Below, one piece after another: positions 34,040 to 43,601 of a stretch of DNA of 43,601 nt. A model generated the notes under the pieces. That model saw only the letters and a list, made by a program, of their open reading frames with translations, did no database searches and had not been told where the DNA came from. The stretch is taken from assembly GCA_963575745.1 (NCBI GenBank), contig CAUYUJ010000226.1, positions 620,001-663,601 of the forward strand, read 5' to 3'. The stretch is from Prorocentrum cordatum (Eukaryota). Position 1 is the stretch's first letter. The number at the start of each line of letters is the position of its first letter. The translations under genes were made by a program, and so were the position numbers.

Positions 34040-34760
34040 ACGTCTTGGGGCGTCTTGAGAGCCTCTTGGCACTCCTGGAGGCATCCTTGGGCGCATCGGG
34101 GAGCCTCTTGGGGGTCTCGTGGGAGCCTCTTGGAGGCCTCTTGGACGCCTCTTGGGGCCTCCTGGGCGCCTCATGGGGCCCTCTTGGGGCGTTTTTGGGA
34201 GCCTTGGAGACGCTCCTGCAGCCATGTTGGAAGACATCGATCCAAAAGGGGAGGAGCATCAATTAGCCTCGCCCTTCGAGATTGCAAAACATCGCCTCTT
34301 GGACCCCTCTTGGAGCGCTCTTGGGGCGCTTTTGGGCGCTCTTGGGGCCGTCTTGGGCCTCTTTTGGAGCCCTCTTGGGCCGTCTTGGAGCGATACTGAG
34401 GCTCGGAAGGCCATCGAAAGCAAAAAGGCGAGACGGTCAAGCTCACTGATTCTCCATAGGTTTTGGACGGATGTTGGCCTCTTTGGGGCCTCCGTGGGAG
34501 ACTCCGTGGCCACTTGGAGCCGTCTTGGAGCGGTCTTGGGCCTTTTGGAGCATCTTGGGAGTCATCTTGAGCCATCTTGGAGGTCATCTTGGGCTCTCCG
34601 AGGCGCTCTTGGAGCCATCTGGGGCCATCTTGGACGCTCCAACGCGTCGTGCCCACCCCCCCGTCCAGGTCTAGGGGAGGGGTAGGGGGAGGAGGGGAAA
34701 AAGGGGTCGGAAGAGGAAGCGCCCTAGACCACCTACGCCCACAGGGCTGGTGGGATTTGG
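34040..34760 (-). repeat. CCAAGA/GGCCC repeat family copy, opposite orientation, with a hairpin-like end
   Basis: tcttgg/gggcc motifs; ends ctagaccacctacgcccacagggctggtggga, also seen at ~29326-29357. Confidence 0.75.
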
Positions 34761-35300
34761 CCGCGGTGCACACGAGAAAAAGAGAGGAAGCCCGACGCGG
34801 GCGGGCGAGAGAGGAAGCAAGTCCCGGCGACGGCAGGGCGGACGCCGGGGTGGGCACGAGGCGCACACACACACACACACACATACACACGCGCACGCGC
34901 ACACGCACACGCACACGCACACGTTCACGCACACGCACACGCACACGCACACGCACACGCACACGCACACGCACACGCACACACACACGCACACACACAC
35001 ACAACACACACACACAACACACACACACACACACACGCGCGCGCGCGCGGCCCTGGGATCTCGACTTCGACGTGCGCACAGGGGAGCCGTTGCCTCCTGC
35101 GGGTCTTCTCGGCCCGTCCCCTGGGCGTTCTGGGCAGCCCCCTTGGCCGCCCGAGAGACTCCGGGTGATTCCCTAGGGTTGCCAGTAAACCCGAAGAGGG
35201 CCCGAGAGCAGCGACGAGAGGGCCCCAAGCGGGCAATCAGAGAGTCTCACCTGAACCCCACCACGGGCGAAGAGGAGACGCAGGAGGACGGAGTCTGAGC

Positions 35301-35379
35301 ATGATGATTATTATGATGATGGTGATGTTCATGTTGAGGATGAGGATGAGGATGAGGATGATGATGATGATGATAATGC

Positions 35380-35429
<50 letters not shown>

Positions 35430-35650
35430 CTGATAATGACGATGCTGCTGAGGATGAGGGTGGGGATGATGATGCTGATGATGATGATGATGACGAGTAT
35501 GATGATGATGATGAGGAGGAGGAGGGGGAGGAGGAGGAGGAGGAGGATGAGGATGAGGGTGAGGATTTGGATGACGATGATGATGATGATGATGACGATG
35601 ATGATGATGATGATGATGATGATTATGATCACAATGATGATGATCATACA

Positions 35651-35690
<40 letters not shown>

Positions 35691-35772
35691 GTGATGGTGA
35701 TGATGATGATGATGATGCTGATGATGGTGGTGGTGATGGTGATGGTGATGGTGATGGTGATGGTGACGGTGG

Positions 35773-35807
<35 letters not shown>

Positions 35808-35961
35808 ATGATGATGATGATGATGATCATCATAATGATGATGAGGATGAGGATGATGATGAGGATGAGGATGAGGATGATGGTGATGATGATGACGGTG
35901 ATGGTGATGATTATGGTGATGGTGATGAGGAGGAGGAGGAGGGTGGTGATGGTAGCGATGG

Positions 35962-35994
<33 letters not shown>

Positions 35995-36040
35995 GGAGGA
36001 GGAGGAGGAGGAGGAGGAGGAGGAGAAGGAGGAAGAAGAG
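35301..36040. repeat. ~740 bp degenerate (GAT)n/(GAG)n triplet tract
   Basis: Direct reading; yields poly-M/D/I pseudo-ORFs. Confidence 0.97.
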
Positions 36041-37339
36041 ACGACAGCTCTGAGATCCGATGTCACGAAAGAAACAACATCGTAGGAACGTTAGCAAGGC
36101 GTCCGGCCCAGACCCCCTCGCGTCGTGAAGAATTAGCGGGCGGGTCGTTGCTATTTTCGACTTGTTCTGGCCTTTGCTAGGCCTCGGGACCGTCAAAAAA
36201 CGACTCGGAATGAAAAGCATGTCCTGAGGAATTTATCAAGACTTTCACGGGGTCCACGCCATGGGGTGTTGAGACCGCCTTGGGCCCTGGGCTGCTCGGG
36301 GCCAAATAAGGTCAGCCTGGGCAACCCGAGAGTGTTGCCTGCGCGCAACCCGAAGCCATAATTCTAGACACTTCGCGTGACCCCTTATCAGCCGTCTCGG
36401 GACCTTTCGGCTACGGCCACCCTGGGAGTTGCAGCCTGCCAGCGCTTTCGCCTCCTGGCGTTAATTCTTTGACCGACGGTCCTTCGGGCCACCCCGGTAC
36501 TCACGCATTCGCCCTTGCAACAATCAATTCAACCTCGACCAGCGGTCCTTGGGCTGCGGCCACCCTGGTACTCTCGCAGTTGTCCGGGGTTCCGGCCCAT
36601 GCATTAATTCCTCGGCTTCCGACCCGGGTCGTCGTTTGTCCCGACTTCCTGGTGTTTCCGACGCCATGCATATTTGCACGCTGGCAGTTCGACTCAGTTT
36701 CAGCTGCCCTTGCCACTCGCCGGTCCGCCGCTGGGTTGCCTCGTGAGGCCTCGGTTAGCCGCTTTGGGCGTGCCCCTGTCTCCGCTGCTTTAGTCTAATT
36801 CGTCGCCGCGTGGCCCGCTTTGACCTGACTCGCCGCCGGCGCGCTCGCCCGCGGCCGCTGACTAAACACGTAAGCCCTTATCAGCCCATCCAGAAACGAT
36901 GCCCAAACGAGTTGCCCTGATCAGGGATGTGGAGTGGACGAACGCGGTGGAAGAAAAGACTGGGTACGACGTCGTGCCCTAAGAGGGGAACGTGGAGGAG
37001 GAATCGGAGGAGGAGCAAGAAGAAGAGGTGGAGAAGGAGGAGGAGGAGGGGGAGGGGGAGACAAGGTATTTGCGCAAGCGTCATATATGATGTCCTACCT
37101 CTCCCTCCCATGCCTTACTACTGCGCAGATGTCATCTCAATTCGCATAGTCGGACGTCGAACATGACAATGATCCCGAGAGGGTGCGCGATGCATGGTAT
37201 AGCACGGCAGAGCATGGCAGAAGAGCACGGCCACAGCCGACGTCGTCGCGTCGAGCACGCGATTCAGTTCAGAAACCACACAAAATGGAACATCTAAGTG
37301 GACGGTTTGGGAAGCGGGAAGCGCATCATGACATCAACG

Positions 37340-37590
37340 TTGCAGCGGGAACACGATTTCGAAGGACCGAAACCGCGGAAGTGAGAGCCGCGCTGCAGTG
37401 GGAGCACGATTTTGAAGGACTGGAAGCGCGGAGTTGAAGCCAACGCTGCAGCAGGACCGCGATTTGGAAGAACCGAAACAATGAAATGAGGTCAGCGCTG
37501 CAGCGGGCACGTGATCCGGAAGGACCCAGAGAACGGGGCCACGGAGCCGACCGTGTAGCGGGAGCGCCATTCCGAAAGGACCGAAGGCGT
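37340..37590. repeat. degenerate ~53 bp minisatellite, 5 units
   Basis: gcagcggga.cacgattt.gaaggaccgaa-like cores at ~37342, 37395, 37448, 37500 and 37555. Confidence 0.7.
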
Positions 37591-38924
37591 TCAGATTGGA
37601 GATTGCACATGGGTTCGCACTCTGCTGGCATTCTGTTGAGGAAAAACACTACGCGGACGGCGGGAGATCTCATTCGCTACCGCCGGCCCGGATTAGTAGG
37701 TCGACCCTGCCCAATCAAGAGGGTACCCTCGTGCCGTGTGCCTCGCGACCCATGCTTCCTACATCCCTGTGGCAGTGTGGCCCTCGGAAGGGCTCCCTCG
37801 AGGGCGCGAAGTTATTCGCGCTTCGCGCTTCGCGGTCCTCGTTCCTTCTCCCCCTCCTCCTCGTCCTCCTATTCTCCCTTTGGGAGGGCGGCGCGAGAGC
37901 GCGAAGTTATTCGCGCTTCGCGCTTCGCGCAGCGCGAAGCGCGAAGTTGGGAGCCCTAGCTTGTGTCCTGTCGCGTGCCCTGCCCGACCGGGTCCGACCG
38001 TGTTCTTCCAGCTCCGGGGCGTCGTGGCGTGCTGCGCCTCGAGCAAGCAAGCAAGCAAGCAAGCAAGAAGTCATACACCCGGAGGTGCGCAGGACACAGA
38101 TGTGGAAAAAAGTGGAAAAACGATCATCAGCATTATACAGATCGCGTTGCACTGCAACTGTGAGTCTGCCGTGCGCGCGAAATGCCGCCAAGAGGACTCG
38201 AGGCCTCTTGGCGGCGGTACATTAGCCAAGCCGTTTGCCGCGCCTCGAGGCTCGAGGGATTCTATCGGGCGGGTGCTCGGCGGGCCTCGGCGGTGCCCTC
38301 CGGCCTCGGGGTGCCCCTCCCGCAGCTCTGCGCCTCGCCGCGAGGCCGCTCCGCGGGTGCCCGGCTCGTCGCGACCGGCCTCCGAGGGCGTGCGTCATGG
38401 TTGTGGAGGACGATCAATGGAAAGGAGGCATGCTGCCAAACAAAGAAAAAAGAAAACACATATAATACCAAGGAGATCTCCTCCCCCTTCATCACCTCCC
38501 CCTTCATCAGCAAGCCGACGAAGGGCGGCATGTGAATGCCGAAGACGATGCCTACAACGTGTGGTAAATATTTGTTCCACACATCCTGAGTGGGGTTCTT
38601 GTTTTCCCAGAACACCCTCTCCTTCCCACCCACCTCCCGCTCCATCTTCCATACAGCACAATATTATTCCTACCACACACACCATACCATACCATAGTTC
38701 CTACCACACATACCATACCATACCATACCATACCATACCATACCACACCATACGTACCATACCGTACCATACCATACCATGGCGTACCATAGCATACCAT
38801 ACCATATCACACCAATGCCACACCGTACCATACCATACCATACCTCCAGTACCATACCATACCATATCATACCATACCGTACCATACCATACCTACCATA
38901 CCATTCCATACCACTCCATACCGA

Positions 38925-39770
38925 AAACCATACTACTTACATGGTTTCGTGCCCCTCCCACCCCTCCAGGGAGGCCCCGCCTGAGCGAGGAGGGTATCGG
39001 AAAACCATACTATTTACATGGTTTCGTGCCCCTCCCACCCCTCCAGGGAGGCCCCGCCTGAGCGAGGAGGGTATCGGAAACCCATACTATTTACATGGTT
39101 TCGTGCCCCTCCCACCCCTCAGGGAGGCCCCGCCTGAGCGAGGAGGGTATCGGAAACCATACTATTTACATGGTTTCGTGCCCCTCCCACCCCTCCAGGG
39201 AGGCCCCGCCTGAGCGAGGAGGGTATCGGAAACCATACTATTTACATGGTTTCGTGCCCCTCCCACCCCTCCAGGGAGGCCCCGCCTGAGCGAGGAGGGT
39301 ATCGGAATACCATACTATTTACATGGTTTCGTGCCCCTCCCACCCCTCCAGGGAGGCCCCGCCTGAGCGAGGAGGGTATCGGAATACCATACTATTTACA
39401 TGGTTTCGTGCCCCTCCCACCCCTCCAGGGAGGCCCCGCCTGAGCGAGGAGGGTATCGGAATACCATACTATTTACATGGTTTCGTGCCCCTCCCACCCC
39501 TCCAGGGAGGCCCCGCCTGAGCGAGGAGGGTATCGGAATACCATACTATTTACATGGTTTCGTGCCCCTCCCACCCCTCCAGGGAGGCCCCGCCTGAGCG
39601 AGGAGGGTATCGGAATACCATACTATTTACATGGTTTCGTGCCCCTCCCACCCCTCCAGGGAGGCCCCGCCTGAGCGAGGAGGGTATCGGAATACCATAC
39701 TATTTACATGGTTTCGTGCCCCTCCCACCCCTCCAGGGAGGCCCCGCCTGAGCGAGGAGGGTATCGAAAA
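38925..39770 (+). repeat. 77 bp minisatellite, ~11 near-identical units
   Basis: ccatactatttacatggtttcgtgcccctcccacccctccagggaggccccgcctgagcgaggagggtatcggaata; identical pseudo-ORFs are spaced 77 bp apart. Confidence 0.97.
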
Positions 39771-40524
39771 CCATACTGTTTACATGGTTTCGTGCCCCCC
39801 CTCCACTCCTCCAGAGAGGCCGCGCTTGAACGAGGAGGGTCGCGGAAAGCATTACTCTTCGCCAGGTTTCGTAGCCCTCCCCCCTTCCAGCGGGGCCCCG
39901 CCAAAGCGAGGAGGGCATCAAGAAAATGGGTCCCACGAAACCGTTAATCTCTTTATGTGGGGAACTCCGTTAGCATAATTGTTGTGCGTATGCGCGCCCC
40001 TCGTCGGGCTGCTCGAACAGAAAAATTATGCTAACGGAGTTCCCCACATAAAGAGATTAACGGTTTCGTGGGACCCATTTTCTTGATGCCCTCCTCGCTT
40101 TGGCGGGGCCCCGCTGGAAGGGGGGAGGGCTACGAAACCTGGCGAAGAGTAATGCTTTCCGCGACCCTCCTCGTTCAAGCGCGGCCTCTCTGGAGGAGTG
40201 GAGGGGGGACACGAAACCGTGTAAACAGCATGTTTTCCGATACCCTCCAGGAAGAGGAGGAGGAGGAGGAGGAGGAGGAGGAGGAGGAGGAAGAGGATAA
40301 GATGGATGATGGCGAAGAGCAGCAGCAGGAACCGCAGCAGGAGCAGCAGCGGGAGGTTGGTTTGAGTGGTCTCATTTTCCTCGTGAGGTCCGATTCGTGA
40401 GGTTGGTCTGAATGGTCTCATTTCCCTCGTCCAGTCGAGGTTATACAAGAGGGTGGGCGACACGAGTTCGCTAGACGAAAGCACTTGCCGATGTGTCTGG
40501 TAACTACAATTCGAACGCAGACAC

Positions 40525-41830
40525 TGGAGAGGTGGCAGGGGCACGAAACCATGTAAATAGTATGGTTTTCGGATACCCTCCTCGCTCAGGCGGGGCCTCC
40601 CTGCAGGGGTGGGAGGGGCACGAAACCAAGTAAAACATATGGTTGTCCGATACCCTCCTCGCTCAGGCGGGGCCTCCCTGGAGAGGTGGGATGGGCACGG
40701 AACCATGTAAATAGTATGGTTTTCCGATACCTTCCTCGCTCAGGCGGGGCCTCCTTGGAGAGGTGGGAGGGGCACGAAACCATGTAAATAGTATGGCTGT
40801 GCCTCCCTGGAGAGGTGGGATGGGGCACGAAACCATGTAAATAGTATGGTTTTCGGATGCCCTCCTCGCTCAGGCGGGGCCTCCCTGCAGGGGAAGAAGT
40901 AGTATGGTTTTCGGATACCCTCCTCGCTCAGGCGGGGCCTCCCTGGAGGGGTGGGAGGGGCACGAAACCATGTAAATAGTATGGTTTTCGGATACCCTCC
41001 TCGCTCAGGCGGGGCCTCCCTGGAGGGTGGGAGGGGCACGAAACCATGTAAATAGTATGGTTTTCGGATACCCTCCTCGCTCAGGCGGGGCCTCCCTGGA
41101 GGGTGGGAGGGGCACGAAACCATGTAAATAGTATGGTTTTCGGATACCCTCCTCGCTCAGGCGGGGCCTCCCTGGAGGGGTGGGAGGGGCACGAAACCAT
41201 GTAAATAGTATGGTTTTCCGATACCCTCCTCGCTCAGGCGGGGCCTCCCTGGAGGGGTGGGAGGGGCACGAAACCATGTAAATAGTATGGTATTCCGATA
41301 CCCTCCTCGCTCAGGCGGGGCCTCCCTGGAGGGGTGGGAGGGGCACGAAACCATGTAAATAGTATGGTTTGCGGATACCCTCCTCGCTCAGGCGGGGCAC
41401 CCCTGGAGGGGTGGGAGGGGCACGAAACCATGTAAATAGTATGGTTTCCGATACCCTCCTCGCTCAGGCGGGGCATCCCTGGAGGGGTGGGAGGGGCACG
41501 AAACCATGTAAATAGTTAGTATTCCGATACCCTCCTCGCTCAGGCGGGGCCTCCCTGGAGGGGTGGGAGGGGCACGAAACCATGTAACTAGTATGGTATT
41601 CCGATACCCTCCTCGCTCAGGCGGGGCCTCCCTGGAGGGGTGGGAGGGGCACGAAACCATGTAAATAGTATGGTTTTCGGATATCGCTCAGGCGGGGCCT
41701 CCCTGGAGGGGTGGGAGGGCCACGAAACCATGTAAATAGTATGGTTTTCCGATACCCTCCTCGCTCAGGCGGGGCCTCCCTGGAGGGGTGGGAGGGGCAC
41801 GAAACCATGTAAATAGTATGGTTTTCGGAA
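40525..41830 (-). repeat. 77 bp minisatellite, roughly 17 units, inverted and more variable
   Basis: Reverse complement of the 38925-39770 unit, with truncated units near 40790-40900 and 41680. Confidence 0.95.
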
Positions 41831-43601
41831 AAGTAGTATGGTTTTCGGTATGGAGTGGTATGGAATGGTATGGTAGGTATGGTATGATATGGTATGGTAT
41901 GGTACTGGAGGTATGGTATGGTATGGTACGGTGTGGCATTGGTGTGATATGGTATGGTATGCTATGGTACGCCATGGTATGGTATGGTACGGTATGGTAC
42001 GTATGGTGTGGTATGGTATGGTATGGTATGGTATGGTATGGTATGTGTGGTAGGAGCTGTGGTATGGTATGGTGTGTGTGGTAGGAATAATATTGTGCTG
42101 TATGGAAGATGGAGCGGGAGGTGGGTGGGAAGGAGAGGGTGTTCTGGGAAAACAAGAACCCCACTCAGGATGTGGGGAACAAAGAACGTAAAACCTGTTT
42201 AAAACATGTTTAGGACATGTGACCGACACTTGAAACACATCTTAAATTTCAAGGATAGGACTGTTAGGGTGTTCATTGTCGTGGCATCCGCAAAGTTATG
42301 GCCCAGGTCGTGGCGAGTCGCGCTTCGAGGTTCGAGGTTGTCGGGCGTTCTCGGCGGTTTTCCAGCCTCGGGAAGCTCTCCAGCAGCTGCGCCTCGCCGA
42401 GGCCGTTCTGGGGGTGCCCGGATCGTCGCGATTGGCCTCCAGAGGCTCGAGTCATGGCCCCAAAGCCACCAGGAACGCCCTCCCAGACAAGTCGATGGAG
42501 GAAAGCTGCGCTCCGACACCGCTGCCCTTCCCTCGTTCTCTCCTCTTTGGGCCTCCTGGGGGGCCCTCCCTCGTCGCCACCGCTGGCTTCGCCTCGGACT
42601 TCTGGCCAGGACGCATCCCGGGAGAGGTCGAGGGAGCAGCGGCATTGGTACCTACATGGCACTCCTGATCCAAGAGTTGCCGAGGATGTAAAGGCCAGCC
42701 CTGGGGTGAATGGGTCGAGGCCTCCGAGGGTCGTCGTTGTGACAAAGACCATGAGCGAGGAGGAGGAGGCGGGGGAGGGGGAAGACGAGGAGGACGAGGA
42801 GGAGGAGGAGGAAGAGGAGGAGGAGGAGGAGGAGGAGGAGGAGGAGAAGAAGGTGTAGGAGGAGGAGGAGGAGGACGTAGGATGATGGAGAGGGGAAGGA
42901 GGAGGAAGAGGAGGGGGAGGGAGGGAAAGGCGGGGAGTAGGATCAGGAGTGAGGAGTAAGGGAGTGAGGAGTAGGATTGGGAGGGGGATGAGTAGGGAGG
43001 AAAGGATGAGGAGGAGGATGAGGAGGAAGGAAGCGGATGGGGAAGGGGGGCGGTGAGGAGTGCAGAAGCACGCGGCATGCGGGCGGGTCGGAGGAGCGTG
43101 CGGGCAGGCTGGCCAGCGGGTCGGAGGAGCGTGCAGGGCAGCGTTCGAGGGGCGGTATCGTTTGAGAAGCGATGCTTTGGACACCGCGTTGGACTTGTTC
43201 ATCGGGATATGCACGCAGCGAGCCTGGCATCGGAGCCACATACTGGAACAGACTGATTGGATTGCGCGTGCACATGAGGATGATTGTGTGCGTTTGGGCT
43301 GTTCACAGGAGCCGGCCGCAAGGCATGGCATAGCACACATTCGCAACGCATTGCGAATTTGGTCACAGCAGGACGTGAGACATCCGAGCTTACCTTGGGG
43401 GGGAAGGCTGCGGAGGAAGGTTGGAGCGGGAGGAAGGGGCGCAAGAGGAGAAATAGGAAGGGAGTTGCAGGAGTTGTCGGAACAGCAAAGAGGGGAGACG
43501 GAGGAGCCCCGTTCTTCATCGCCTGGGCAATAACGCGCGTTATGGCCATATTGCTCCCCCTCTCAGTGCACCCCCTGCACTGTCGCCATGCGCATAGGGA
43601 T

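Larger units (their letters stand above)
38571..42183. mobile_element. 3.6 kb foldback-type inverted repeat built from tandem arrays
   Basis: Left arm 38571-39980 and right arm 40024-42183 are reverse complements: unique ~110 bp outer end, (CCATA)n, 77 bp array and ~210 bp inner block. 43 bp spacer; extra sequence at ~40249-40524 in the right arm. Confidence 0.8.

Noticed and set aside
35237..36220. Poly-Asp/Met/Ile proteins
   Set aside because: Degenerate (GAT)n tract open in several frames on both strands.
38680..38925. Telomeric repeat
   Set aside because: (CCATA)n is not a TTTAGGG/TTAGGG-type repeat and lies inside the foldback arm.
38925..41830. Repeated 65 aa ORFs or CRISPR in the 77 bp arrays
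   Set aside because: Units are identical end to end with no spacers, and 77 is not a multiple of 3; the ORFs are by-products.

Overview
Repeat-dominated, GC-rich eukaryotic DNA with no intact host gene, rRNA or tRNA that I can support. The element types, a spliced-leader-like motif and the repeat families point to a dinoflagellate, possibly Prorocentrum-like (inference). Most six-frame ORFs are artefacts of microsatellites and GC-rich repeats. Supported content: (1) a decayed, near full-length 7.2 kb DIRS/PAT-type tyrosine-recombinase retrotransposon (5873-13058) with split direct repeats, ORF0, gag-like ORF, RT, RNase H, tyrosine recombinase and a C5 cytosine methyltransferase, with a 280 bp MITE in its RT; (2) a second, different DNMT remnant on the minus strand with an A-rich tail (15243-15990), probably the 3' end of a LINE; (3) a decayed polyprotein (17030-19910) joining a Tpt1/KptA NAD+-binding domain, a RING-H2 finger and a retropepsin-like domain, which is the most novel-looking item; (4) four copies of a ~40 bp CTAG-flanked hairpin; (5) a repeat-spacer array of ~19 palindromic units (19929-21050); (6) a 3.6 kb foldback built from 77 bp tandem arrays (38571-42183); plus many microsatellites and dispersed repeats. 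All domain calls are motif recognition by eye, not database searches.
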